DNA of 64,000 nucleotides from the NCBI GenBank assembly GCA_963752255.1, contig CAVVXT010000014.1:32803-96802 (forward strand), in the 5' to 3' direction. The notes beneath the pieces are model-generated. The model saw only the letters and a program-made list of their open reading frames with translations, was not told where the DNA came from and did not search any database. The stretch is from Nitrososphaeria archaeon (GTDB lineage: Archaea > Thermoproteota > Nitrososphaeria > JACIWG01). The translations under genes and the position numbers were made by a program. Shown piece after piece: positions 19,929 through 34,066 of this stretch (its first letter is position 1; the number at the start of each line of letters is the position of its first letter).

Positions 19929-20672
19929 GTGGGTGGCCGAAGAATTGACATACTTTACGATAAAGCTGCTTTAGTTTTTAATTCTCCAAATAAAAACTTC
20001 TTTTGCATTACTGACTTACATTTGGGTTATACGCCTTCATCATCAATTCCATTACATAATAAGAGATTGGCTGAAGAACTTGCTGAAAAAATAGTTGAAT
20101 TATCAAAAAAAGCCAAAGCAGAAAACTTAATTCTCTTAGGCGATGTTAAACACACTATTGTTCGTGTTTCATATTCTGATCGATCATTACTTGATTCATT
20201 CTTCGCAACCTTAAGGCTGTTCTTTAAAGAAATATACCTTATATTAGGAAATCACGATGGATCAATATCTAAAGCTCTTCCAACTTATGTTAAGCCTATA
20301 AAAAAAGGCATATTGTTAAATAACGTATATTTTATGCACGGCCATGCTCTTCCAGGGCAAGATGTTCTAAAATCAAACTTGATCGTGATGGGGCATCTCC
20401 ATCCATTGTTCTACAAGGAGCATTCACCGTTAAATGGACAACGAGTATGGATTCTCATGAAATTATCATTGAAAAAAGTGTTTCCTTGGAAAGATAAGAT
20501 ATATCGGCTGATAGTTATGCCTCCATTTAACTATGAAATTTCTTTCCCTATGGGTCACATATACACTCCAAATCTCAATAGCAGAATATCTCCTTTGTTG
20601 AACAGATGCAAAGAAGATGTGCTTGAAACTAAGATAATATCCCTTGATGGAACTATTCTGTCACAAGTTTGA
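19929..20672 (+). CDS. calcineurin-like metallophosphoesterase (MPE-type nuclease candidate)
   Basis: It has the motifs ITDLHLG, LGDVKH, GNHD and GHLHP. Confidence 0.6.
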   Translation: MGGRRIDILYDKAALVFNSPNKNFFCITDLHLGYTPSSSIPLHNKRLAEELAEKIVELSKKAKAENLILLGDVKHTIVRVSYSDRSLLDSFFATLRLFFKEIYLILGNHDGSISKALPTYVKPIKKGILLNNVYFMHGHALPGQDVLKSNLIVMGHLHPLFYKEHSPLNGQRVWILMKLSLKKVFPWKDKIYRLIVMPPFNYEISFPMGHIYTPNLNSRISPLLNRCKEDVLETKIISLDGTILSQV

Positions 20673-20768
20673 TCATTTAAGAATAAATTAAACTTATCCA
20701 AGTTTCGCCCCAAATGCCTTTCCGCTTGTAATAAGTTGTGGTCATGCAAACTATCTAACAGTTTAGTA

Positions 20769-20844
20769 TGGGGTCGGTGGGATTTGAACCCACGATTTCA
20801 CGGGCCCGAGCCGTGTAGCCTGAACCATGCTAGCTGACGACCCC
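20769..20844 (-). tRNA. tRNA-Pro (CGG)
   Basis: The minus-strand fold has acceptor ggggtcg/cgacccc, anticodon stem cacgg/ccgtg with loop cuCGGgc, and T-arm gtgggttcaaatcccac. Confidence 0.6.
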
Positions 20845-20913
20845 CCCTTAACATCGATATCAAAAGGATAACCATATATACCCTTATCAAGTCTAAAAAA
20901 AATCGCCGAGGGC

Positions 20914-21016
20914 GCCGAGATACCATTTCGCTCGAGAGCTCAGCTTGGTCAGAGCGTTGGACTCATAATCCAGAGGCCGCGGGTTCGAAACATTCGCGAG
21001 AAGCCCGCTCTCGGCA
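20914..21016 (+). tRNA. tRNA-Met/Ile2-type (CAT) interrupted by two short non-canonical introns (one near positions 8/9, one beside the T-loop)
   Basis: Acceptor gccgaga at 20914-20920 pairs with tctcggc at 21009-21015. Removing 15 nt (accatttcgctcgag) and 13 nt (cattcgcgagaag) leaves a 75-nt cloverleaf with D-stem gctc/gagc, anticodon stem ttgga/tccag with loop cuCATaa, and T-arm gcgggttcgaaacccgc. Confidence 0.45.
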
Positions 21017-21047
21017 TTAACATTATCTAATTTTATAGAAAATAAAA

Positions 21048-21121
21048 AGCCCTAGGCGGGGATTGAACCCGCGGCCTCCGCCTTACCAAGGCGGCGCTCA
21101 ACCAGGCTGAGCTACCAGGGC
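21048..21121 (-). tRNA. tRNA-Thr (GGT)
   Basis: The minus-strand sequence gccctggtagctcagcctggttgagcgccgccttGGTaaggcggaggccgcgggttcaatccccgcctagggct folds as a cloverleaf with anticodon GGT. Confidence 0.75.
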
Positions 21122-21261
21122 ACGAATACCCTTATCTTTTTTGTATTTATTATTTAAAGTAGTTGTTCTCAAGTTTTTTTTAATTTTTTTGTGCTTGTAA
21201 CTGGTAAACCAAATATTTTTATATGAAATAACTGTCGGGTCTTTCGTAACATTGAGCTAAA

Positions 21262-22206
21262 ATGTCAGAAAATAAAGAGTCACGAAAAACCTTTGAACCT
21301 AAGGATGAATTTGAAATGCTTGAGTATTGGAAGAAATTGGATGTTTATCATTCTTTTAGTAAGTCATATGACTGGTTTGTCATAGATATTCCTCCACCTT
21401 ACGCAACAGGATCAATGCATGTTGGTGGCTCAGCGCATTACATTCAGATCGATATGATCGCTAGATATTTTAGAATGAATAAGATGAATGTTAACTTTCC
21501 TTGGGGAGTTGACAGGAACGGTTTACCTGTTGAATTAATAGCAGAAAAAAAGTTGAACAAAAGAGCGACAGAAATACCACGCGACATCTTCCTGCAACAA
21601 TGCAAAAAAATTCTTGATGAAACAGAGCATAGAATAGTAGATACACTCTTACGTGTTGGCTTAAGTTGTGATTTCGATCGAGGTTATAAAACGGATTCTC
21701 CAGAATTTCGTGCCTTCACGCAATCGACTTTTATCAAGGTTTGGGATAAGGGATTAGTTTATGAGGAAGAGCGACCTGTTAACTGGTGCCCAAGTTGTAG
21801 AACCACTATCGCTGATGCGGAATTGGATAAAGAAGAAAGAACTTCATCACTGTTCCACATAAGATTCGATCTTAAAAATGACAGAGATAAGGTTGATCAA
21901 ATCGTTGTAGCGACAACGCGACCTGAGCTGATTGGAGCTTGTCAAGCAATAATATATAATCCTTCAGATTCTAGGTACTCATACCTAGATAGCAGATCTG
22001 CCATAGTACCAGTTTATGGTCACAAGGTTCCAATTATTTCTCATCCATATGCAAAACCCGAATTTGGGAGTGGCATAATTATGATTTGCTCTTATGGAGA
22101 TCAATCAGATATCCGCCTCTTTAAGGAATTGAAGCTTAAGCCAAGAGTGTTACTTAACGAGGATGCACGGATAAAGGAAAATGCAGGACCGCTAGGCAGG
22201 GCTTAA
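21262..22206 (+). CDS. class Ia aminoacyl-tRNA synthetase (ValRS/IleRS-like), N-terminal fragment with catalytic core start and CP1 editing domain
   Basis: It has PPPYATGSMHVGGSAHY in the HIGH position (HVGG, degenerate), WCPSCRTTIADAEL, and the editing motif ATTRPELIGACQAIIYNP. It ends at TAA one nucleotide before the next ORF. Confidence 0.55.
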   Translation: MSENKESRKTFEPKDEFEMLEYWKKLDVYHSFSKSYDWFVIDIPPPYATGSMHVGGSAHYIQIDMIARYFRMNKMNVNFPWGVDRNGLPVELIAEKKLNKRATEIPRDIFLQQCKKILDETEHRIVDTLLRVGLSCDFDRGYKTDSPEFRAFTQSTFIKVWDKGLVYEEERPVNWCPSCRTTIADAELDKEERTSSLFHIRFDLKNDRDKVDQIVVATTRPELIGACQAIIYNPSDSRYSYLDSRSAIVPVYGHKVPIISHPYAKPEFGSGIIMICSYGDQSDIRLFKELKLKPRVLLNEDARIKENAGPLGRA

Positions 22207-22207
22207 A

Positions 22208-23683
22208 GTGAATGATGCGAGAAAAAAGATACTATCCATACTAGAAGGAGAAGGTAGACTAATCAAGAAAGAATCTACTGTACAAACAGTACCTGTCTGC
22301 TGGCGTTGTTCAACTCCTGTAGAATATATTAACGTGAAAGAATACTATCTTAAGCAAATTGATTTTCTTCAAGATATACTCAAATTTTCAAGGGAACAGA
22401 TAAGTTTCTTTCCTCCCGAATCAGTTAACATACTGATAGACTGGATTAGTTCGATATCTTCTGATTGGCCGATCTCCCGGAGACGCTTCTACGGTACAGA
22501 ATTGCCTGTATGGTACTGTAAAAAATGTGGCACACCAAATCTTCCACCACCTGGACCATATTATCAGCCTTGGAGAGAAAATTTTCCATTAAAGTCATGC
22601 AAAAAATGTGGTGGTAAAGAATTCGTTGGAGAAGATCGTACCTTTGACACATGGGTCGATTCGAGTATTTCAGCTTTGTATATATTAGAAATGGCAAAGA
22701 AACTTGGCTATGCAGAACTGTCAGTCCCAGTAAGCATTCGTCCTCAAGGAATTGACATAGTTAGAACTTGGCTTTTTTATTCATTACTACGTATTTATCA
22801 GCTAACTGATAAACCCGCCTTTAAATGGGTTCGTATTTCTGGAATGGGTCTCGACGAACATGGGCATGCTATGCATCGACACCTTGGCAATGTTGTATAC
22901 CCTGAATCAATGGTAAACAGATACGGCGCAGATTCCTTCAGGTTATGGACTGCCAGCGAATCCAAATTGGGTTCTAATTATCTATTTTCAGAAAGTAGAG
23001 TTGCTGGTGCAAGAAAATTCATTACAAAATTATGGAATGTTTATAGATTTATCTCACAATTTGAGCCTCTTAAAGAAGGTGAGTACGAACTCGAGCCGAT
23101 TGACATCGCAATTTTAGAAAAGCTTGACGAATTAGTCTTAGAGTGTAAAAATTCCTTTAAACAGCTAGATCCATTTGGAGCTGCAAAGTCTATTAGATAC
23201 TTTGTCTGGGATATATTTGCTGACCACTACATAGAAGCCGTTAAATCACGTGTGTACAACAGGAGTAATGATTTTTCATCTTATTCATCAAAAGGAGCCG
23301 TCTATACTTTATACTTTGTTTTAGACAATGTCTCCAAACTACTCGCCCCGATTTCACCATTTGTTACAGAAGGCATCTATCAGGCTATTCCGCATCATAA
23401 GAAGAGCATACACATAGAAGATTATCCTTCTCCTAGGGGATTAGAAAAGAAATACTCACCTGTCTTTGACATGTTTATGCAGTTGAACTCTATGATTTGG
23501 AATTACAAGAAAGGAAAATCTCTATCTTTGACATCCGCCGTTTCTGGGTTATGTATTCCATCAGAGCTTAAGGTCTTTGAAAAAGAGATCACTTCTATGC
23601 ACAAAATCGGTGTTATCACATACGATACTGCATCAGTAAAAGATTTCGAAAAACTTTCTGAGAATTATTTCATAAAACTATAG
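22208..23683 (+). CDS. the same synthetase, C-terminal fragment (catalytic core end plus anticodon-binding domain), in the +1 frame
   Basis: It has CWRCSTPVEY, and GMGLDEHGHAMHRHLGNVVYPESMVNRYGADSFRLW aligns with the KMSKS region, so KMSKS is replaced by AMHRH. Confidence 0.55.
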   Translation: MNDARKKILSILEGEGRLIKKESTVQTVPVCWRCSTPVEYINVKEYYLKQIDFLQDILKFSREQISFFPPESVNILIDWISSISSDWPISRRRFYGTELPVWYCKKCGTPNLPPPGPYYQPWRENFPLKSCKKCGGKEFVGEDRTFDTWVDSSISALYILEMAKKLGYAELSVPVSIRPQGIDIVRTWLFYSLLRIYQLTDKPAFKWVRISGMGLDEHGHAMHRHLGNVVYPESMVNRYGADSFRLWTASESKLGSNYLFSESRVAGARKFITKLWNVYRFISQFEPLKEGEYELEPIDIAILEKLDELVLECKNSFKQLDPFGAAKSIRYFVWDIFADHYIEAVKSRVYNRSNDFSSYSSKGAVYTLYFVLDNVSKLLAPISPFVTEGIYQAIPHHKKSIHIEDYPSPRGLEKKYSPVFDMFMQLNSMIWNYKKGKSLSLTSAVSGLCIPSELKVFEKEITSMHKIGVITYDTASVKDFEKLSENYFIKL

Positions 23684-23687
23684 TTCG

Positions 23688-24950
23688 CTAATGGTCCCTT
23701 ATTCTGTACCTTAAGAGAACGCCTATTCCCCCGAAGTTCTTTAACATCGCTCCAGACTCAGTCTTTGATGAAATAACCTCAACTTTCGCACCTATAGGGT
23801 CTGCTTTTTCTGCTATATAGTCTATATAGTCTTCTTCTTCCGTATCATAGTCTGTCTTTTGACATTTACTGCAAGGACTAGAAAGTACTTCCTGTTTTCT
23901 CTTAACATACTCTTCACGTGACAGATACTCTATTATTTCGTTGCCGCATGACTTACACTTTACCTTTAGCCTTATCAAGTTCAAATCATCAACTACTACG
24001 ACTGTTTCAGCGTTCCCTTGTTTAAGACTTTTTTCTACCGGTTCAATACCATAAGCTGCGAGACCATCCTCTCTTGAGGCTTCGCGGAGAAAGTTCTGAA
24101 CTAGCTTTATCTCCTCAACCAATCTAAGATTTTCTAAGGTTTCTCCGGATTTCATTACTGTCTCCCGAATTCCCTCTTCACCAGAATACGAAGTGTCTAT
24201 AATGGCAGCTACCTTTTCCTTCAGTTGGTAGTGTAAGTAATCTCCTTTCAGGAAATCCTCTTTGGTGGGTCCTGGACCGCTGACTATTAATTTGCTTATC
24301 TTGCTTTCTTCCATAAATGTCTTTACAGTATGCCTTGCAATACGATGGAAGAACTCATTAACCTCAGCTTCTCTTAGTCGTTCGAATCTTCTTGCAGACT
24401 GGCCACCAGCTCTATGTTTCCCAGAGATTCCTGAAGTTAAGACGTCAACAACTTCAACCCTATCACCCGATAGAAGTCCTAAGCCAGCTTCCGTCGTATC
24501 TATTGTAAGTACGCCAATGATTGTCTCTTCTTTCAGCATATCCTGTAGAATTTCAACATGGAAGTGGTCGTCGCAGCGGTAAAGATAGTTTTGTACAGGC
24601 TTTATCGGTACAACTTCATACATAAAAATTGTCTCGCTCCCTAATCCGTTTGTTGGTAACGCACCACAAAATATAACTAACCCATTTTCTGGAACTTGTT
24701 TGTAAAGCTTTAATCTCTGCATGGTTTTTACCAGAGCATCCTGTACATGAGTTCGAGTCGTATCTGATTTTATGTTCGATGCTGTTCCCCACTCATCTCT
24801 TAATGAATTGAGTACTTCATGAATAGGTTTTCCTGGAGGAATATATAATGAAACAAGTTCTGTTCCCCGACCACTTTTTTTTGATAGCTCTGATACTAAT
24901 CGCTTCAGACGATATATCTCTACTGAACTTCTATTTTGTGGGTTGCTCAT
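23688..24950 (-). CDS. prf1: peptide chain release factor aRF1
   Basis: It has the NIKS motif (TASNIKS), the GGQ motif (HRAGGQSARRFERLR) and an aRF1 N-terminus (GRGTELVSLYIPPGKPI). Confidence 0.8.
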   Translation of the reverse strand: MSNPQNRSSVEIYRLKRLVSELSKKSGRGTELVSLYIPPGKPIHEVLNSLRDEWGTASNIKSDTTRTHVQDALVKTMQRLKLYKQVPENGLVIFCGALPTNGLGSETIFMYEVVPIKPVQNYLYRCDDHFHVEILQDMLKEETIIGVLTIDTTEAGLGLLSGDRVEVVDVLTSGISGKHRAGGQSARRFERLREAEVNEFFHRIARHTVKTFMEESKISKLIVSGPGPTKEDFLKGDYLHYQLKEKVAAIIDTSYSGEEGIRETVMKSGETLENLRLVEEIKLVQNFLREASREDGLAAYGIEPVEKSLKQGNAETVVVVDDLNLIRLKVKCKSCGNEIIEYLSREEYVKRKQEVLSSPCSKCQKTDYDTEEEDYIDYIAEKADPIGAKVEVISSKTESGAMLKNFGGIGVLLRYRIRDH

Positions 24951-25005
24951 TCCCTCTCACGTCATATTTTTATTTTGCTTGATGTATACTTAGTGCGAGA
25001 TACCC

Positions 25006-25698
25006 TTGCATCGTATAGTAATTAAATTGAGTGGTTCGGTCTTCAAGACTCCTATAAACGTTGGGCTAATAAAAGACCTATGTGAAGCGTTTACTTTTAT
25101 TATCAAAGAAGGCGTACAACCGGTAATCGTCACTGGAGGCGGTGAGCTAGCTCGAACCTATATTAATGTGATGAGAGCTTTAAAATCAGATGAAACGACC
25201 TTAGATGAGATTGGTATCGCCTCATCGAGGTTGAATGCAAGAATTATCATTACATGTCTGGGAAATATATCATATCCCATTATACCATCTGACATGGATG
25301 AGGTATCAATTGCACTTGACTCTAAAAAAGCTGTAGTTCTAGGTGGGCTTTACCCCGGTCATTCAACAAATGCTACAGCGGCTTTAGTGGCAGAAAAATC
25401 CAATGCTGACCTTTTCGTTAACGCAACAGATGTCGATGGCGTGTATTCAAGTGACCCACGAATTAATAAGAAGGCAAAGAAATTCACTAAAATTGACACC
25501 AAAACACTTTTTAAATTGATAGGAAAATCTCCTATGAATGCAGGTGCTTATGACCTTATGGACCCACTATCCATTAAAATAATTGAACGTTCAAAAGTAA
25601 AGACAAGGATTATTCTTTGTACTCCTAAGAATATCATGGCCACCTTTAAGGGCACTCCTATAGGTACAGAAGTTTTAGTGGATGGGACAATTTCCTGA
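25006..25698 (+). CDS. pyrH: uridylate (UMP) kinase
   Basis: It has VIKLSGSVF, VIVTGGGELAR, GGLYPGHSTNATAALVAE and TDVDGVYSSDP. Confidence 0.75.
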   Translation: MHRIVIKLSGSVFKTPINVGLIKDLCEAFTFIIKEGVQPVIVTGGGELARTYINVMRALKSDETTLDEIGIASSRLNARIIITCLGNISYPIIPSDMDEVSIALDSKKAVVLGGLYPGHSTNATAALVAEKSNADLFVNATDVDGVYSSDPRINKKAKKFTKIDTKTLFKLIGKSPMNAGAYDLMDPLSIKIIERSKVKTRIILCTPKNIMATFKGTPIGTEVLVDGTIS

Positions 25699-26325
25699 GA
25701 AATCTAAAATGTTTTACCAATAGCTAAAAGACATTAATCTTATTCTGCAAGTAAAAGCTGTTATTTGTGCACAACTTCTCTAATTATTTTGATAGGGAAT
25801 GATAATTTTTAAGATAGTGGTTGTAAATTTATGGTAAAATCAAGTTTACAAGTGTTTTCTGTTCTCCAAATTATAACAGAGCACCTAAATATTCAGAATT
25901 AAATTCGATACCAAGTAGAGGTAAGTGTGTAGTCAAAAAATAAGTGCAAATGAAAAATATATCGCACAAATATCTAAGAAAAACTCCAGAAAAATAGCAT
26001 AGGATGATTTATATATTATTCTGAATAAAATTGATTTCTAATATTCGTCTTCTGTGAATCAATAGCGGATCGAAGACAGATAGAATTTCTGTCTGCTCTT
26101 TACCGATTGATGCGTTATTACATCAAAAAACTTATGACTTCATAGTCACATACTTTTCCCGATAATTTTTGACCTATAATAAAAAGTACCCAAAAGCTAT
26201 CCAAACCTTCCATGCAACACCTTTTACTATTTAATGTTTGTTTGAGCAGTGTGATGTCAAGGCACTCTTCTTCTGATCACTATTAGTTAGCAAGTAATAA
26301 TCGATATTCACATCCACGAGAGCAG

Positions 26326-26410
26326 TGCGGGGGGTGGGATTCGAACCCACGAACGCCTTCGCGAACAGATCTTGAGTCTGTCCCCTTTGACCTAACTCGG
26401 GGACCCCCGC
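26326..26410 (-). tRNA. tRNA-Leu (CAA), type II
   Basis: The minus-strand fold has acceptor gcggggg, anticodon stem acaga/tctgt with loop cuCAAga, a long variable arm and T-arm gtgggttcgaatcccac. CCA is not encoded. Confidence 0.75.
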
Positions 26411-26469
26411 ACCTAAAATTTATCCTGCTCAATTTATAAAATTATAATCGAATAACTATTGTATATCTT

Positions 26470-26500
26470 ATTTTTTTTGATATAGCAATACTTTTATATC
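26470..26500 (+). promoter_or_regulatory. candidate TATA/BRE promoter of the rRNA operon
   Basis: The sequence ttttttttgatatagcaatacttttatat lies about 180 nt upstream of the 16S 5' end. The call is by position and composition only. Confidence 0.3.
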
Positions 26501-26677
26501 CCTCCTTAGCGGTTTAATGTTTGCGCACTAGGCGGCGCTTTGTTAGAGCTTAGGGACGTAGTCCCTTATGGTGATGAATAACTGGCCTCCAGTTGCGCGA
26601 ACAAAGATGGAGATTCGAATGTAGAATTCGGATCTAACGTTGGTCATGCTACTCGTCAATTAATCAATTTGTATCCG

Positions 26678-28181
<1,504 letters not shown>

Positions 28182-28318
28182 TTGAACGTTGGTTAACTGA
28201 CGAGTAGCATGATTAACGCCTTAGATGCAATTCGTGATCTAGACGATCATGGATGAAGGACATAGAGGGCTATATTCCCTCAATGATTGTCGTGCATAGT
28301 TGCGACAGCCAGAATAGT

Positions 28319-31414
<3,096 letters not shown>

Positions 31415-31511
31415 ACTGTTCTGGCCGCAAAATCTATGCACGATAAAAAATGTCCTAGGCTTATTTATGTATTGTATAATTATAATATTCTTTTAGAAGT
31501 AATTCTATAAA

Positions 31512-31542
31512 ATAGTAGACGTATTAATGTATTGTCTACTAT
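31512..31542. terminator. hairpin between the 23S 3' end and the convergent FKBP gene
   Basis: The stem atagtagac/gtctactat is 9 bp with a 12-nt loop and is followed by T-rich sequence. Confidence 0.3.
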
Positions 31543-31568
31543 TTATCCCAATAAATTTTTGGGTTCTA

Positions 31569-32333
31569 CTAACTTTGGGTCTCTTGCTTGATTTCTTCCT
31601 TTTTCTCTTCTTTTTCAGTTTGAGGTTCTGGTTCTTTTTCTTTTTCTGTCTTGGGTTTCTCATAGTTTTCTTGGAATATAACCTTATTTATGGCTGGTAG
31701 AAACTTAAAGATGTCGTTTGAAAGTGCCCTTTTCACAATTTGTAATCCTTCTTCAAGGTATATATCCTCTGGTAGTTCAAAGGTTATTGTGCTTTCTTGA
31801 ATAAGAAACTTGAGTTTCTCTTTGTCTATGGGTATTCGTCTGGAAAGTAGCGCTTTAACTTTCTCCTCATCTCCCTTCAGTTCTTCGAGAACCTCAACTT
31901 CGTATATGATAGTTTTACCTGCTAGTTTATGATTAAAATCAACATGAACCCTTCCAGATCCTATAAGCTTAACATAACATATCTTGTTGTCCAATTCTAT
32001 TTCATCTCCAACCTTTAGTTGACCTGCTTTCTCTCCAAATCTTCTAAGAGGTAAAATTCTTACCTTCGATGGATCCCAAGTTCCAAAAGCCTTTTCAGGG
32101 GGTATTTCCATCGTCGCCTTTTCACCAACAGACATTTCTTTTAATTTGCTGTCTAATCCCTCCAGTACCCATCCCTCTCCAATTGCGACCAGTCTGCTGG
32201 TATACTTCCTAGTCGGATCGTAAACATTATGCTCTTTTGCTTTCTCTTCCAAGGTCGTTTCAATAAGTTCATTTGTTTCTTTGACTTTGGATGTGAGATT
32301 CAAGTAAATTAGACTATCTTTTTCAAACGTCAT
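31569..32333 (-). CDS. FKBP-type peptidyl-prolyl cis-trans isomerase (long archaeal type) with an acidic/lysine-rich tail
   Basis: It has the FKBP signature VDFNHKLAGKTI and GDEIELD. Confidence 0.7.
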   Translation of the reverse strand: MTFEKDSLIYLNLTSKVKETNELIETTLEEKAKEHNVYDPTRKYTSRLVAIGEGWVLEGLDSKLKEMSVGEKATMEIPPEKAFGTWDPSKVRILPLRRFGEKAGQLKVGDEIELDNKICYVKLIGSGRVHVDFNHKLAGKTIIYEVEVLEELKGDEEKVKALLSRRIPIDKEKLKFLIQESTITFELPEDIYLEEGLQIVKRALSNDIFKFLPAINKVIFQENYEKPKTEKEKEPEPQTEKEEKKEEIKQETQS

Positions 32334-32389
32334 ATAGCCAATCCCCTGTCCATCAAGTTAATAAGATTTATACATTTTATTTTTTTTGT

Positions 32390-32908
32390 TTACCTATTTA
32401 TTTTTCTTATTCTCTCTTCGCCGCCAATTTTCTTAACAAGTTTCGACACCGTTTTGGGTACAAGATCTTCCCACGGTTGTCCGATTAAAATTTTATTTCT
32501 AATCTCAGTAGCTGCTAGATTTTCTCTTTCTTGCAATGGCACCTCTATTGTTGTAACTCCTTCCTCTGCGAAGAGCCTTAATGTAAGCTCGTCATTCGAG
32601 AATACGGCATCAAATTTAGGGATTAACATCTTTACCATTTTTGTCCACAAATAATGGGAAGTCGTGTCAGGTATCGGAATAATCATCCACGTTCTAGGGT
32701 CAATCTTCATTTCATCTAACGTTGCCTTTATCATAACTATCCTTTCAGCAGCCGTGAAAGGATTTCTTTCTTCATGGCTTTTATCGGAACTGCCTATACC
32801 TATGTACAGAAATTCGCTTTTATTCAAAGCATATTCGATAGCAAATACGTGCCCATTATGTAACGGCTGAAATCTTCCGATAAACAAACCATGCTGGTAC
32901 TTCTTCAT
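32390..32908 (-). CDS. nadM: nicotinamide-nucleotide adenylyltransferase
   Basis: It has GLFIGRFQPLHNGH ((H/T)xGH nucleotidyltransferase) and is 172 aa, typical of archaeal NMNAT. Confidence 0.75.
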   Translation of the reverse strand: MKKYQHGLFIGRFQPLHNGHVFAIEYALNKSEFLYIGIGSSDKSHEERNPFTAAERIVMIKATLDEMKIDPRTWMIIPIPDTTSHYLWTKMVKMLIPKFDAVFSNDELTLRLFAEEGVTTIEVPLQERENLAATEIRNKILIGQPWEDLVPKTVSKLVKKIGGEERIRKINR

Positions 32909-32990
32909 CTATTCTATTTCCTTATGGGACTGATTAAAGTCTTTTGAGCTTAAAGGTTTAATTCAATCGGCTAGTATCAAAAAAAGGCAT

Positions 32991-34031
32991 ATGCCCATAA
33001 TAAAAATTGATGGCTCGATAGGAGAAGGTGGAGGACAGATACTCAGAACATCGATATCTTTGTCTATGGCAACAAATACCGCTGTAAATATTTATAATAT
33101 CCGAAGTAAGCGGCCAAATCCTGGAATTCAGCCACAACACTATATGGCATTAAAGGCTGCTGCCGCTATTTCTGATGCTGAAATTACAGGTTTAAAACTT
33201 TCTTCTGAATCGATCTTTTTTGAACCACAGAAAGTTTCCAATAAAATATCAAGCATCGACATTGGTACGGCTGGAAGTATTCCTCTTGTTATGCAGACTT
33301 TAATTCCCTCTCTCGTAACATCAAGGTTACAATATCCGATTGAACTTGTTGGTGGAACAGATGTTAAATGGAGTCCCACAGTAGATTACATTAGATATAT
33401 CTTTTCTCCTTTCTTGAAAATTATTGGGATAAAGTTGTATATGGAAATTAGGAGACGTGGATATTACCCTAGAGGCGGAGGTCGAGTCGTTTTTGAAGTG
33501 GAGAATGTCTCATTTCCCAAAGCCCTAAAATTTAATAAAATCAGTAAGGAAGTAGTTGTAAGAAGTGTTTGCTCAAATCTGCCTAAGAACGTTGCTGAAC
33601 GACAAGCTTCAGCAGCATTAAGCGTACTGCAGAAGTCGGATCTTCATTTAAACACCAAGACATTTGTAGCAGATGAAACAGCTCTTTCGCCAGGAACATC
33701 TGTTTTAGTTTATTCAACGGGAGAATTCGGTCCTTTTATCGGCTCTGACTCGATTGGTGAAAAGGGTAAACCTGCTGAAAAAGTCGGTGAAGAGGCAGCA
33801 CTTTCGTTTTTAAACGAATTTTCATCCTCCCCAGACGTAGACATGTACTTAAGCGATATGGTCATTCCTTATCTTTTCCTTTCCCCTTATGCTTCCAAGG
33901 TCAAGATATCAAGGATCACTCGTCACCTAGAAACAAATCTGGTTGTTTCATCACTCTTCATTAGAAGGGAATACTCTCTTATAAAACAAAAGGACGGTAG
34001 CGTAGTGTTGGACATTTTGTCAAATACATGA
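32991..34031 (+). CDS. rtcA: RNA 3'-terminal phosphate cyclase
   Basis: It has the N-terminal motif IDGSIGEGGGQILRTSISLS and is 346 aa. Confidence 0.75.
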   Translation: MPIIKIDGSIGEGGGQILRTSISLSMATNTAVNIYNIRSKRPNPGIQPQHYMALKAAAAISDAEITGLKLSSESIFFEPQKVSNKISSIDIGTAGSIPLVMQTLIPSLVTSRLQYPIELVGGTDVKWSPTVDYIRYIFSPFLKIIGIKLYMEIRRRGYYPRGGGRVVFEVENVSFPKALKFNKISKEVVVRSVCSNLPKNVAERQASAALSVLQKSDLHLNTKTFVADETALSPGTSVLVYSTGEFGPFIGSDSIGEKGKPAEKVGEEAALSFLNEFSSSPDVDMYLSDMVIPYLFLSPYASKVKISRITRHLETNLVVSSLFIRREYSLIKQKDGSVVLDILSNT

Positions 34032-34066
34032 GTTACTATAGAAACATCTAAATTAACCTATTAATA

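Noticed and set aside
31415-31568. A possible 5S rRNA downstream of the 23S.
   Set aside because: The interval is only about 150 nt, is AT-rich and lacks the conserved 5S helices. It is more likely a processing stem, terminator hairpin and the 3' end of the convergent FKBP gene.
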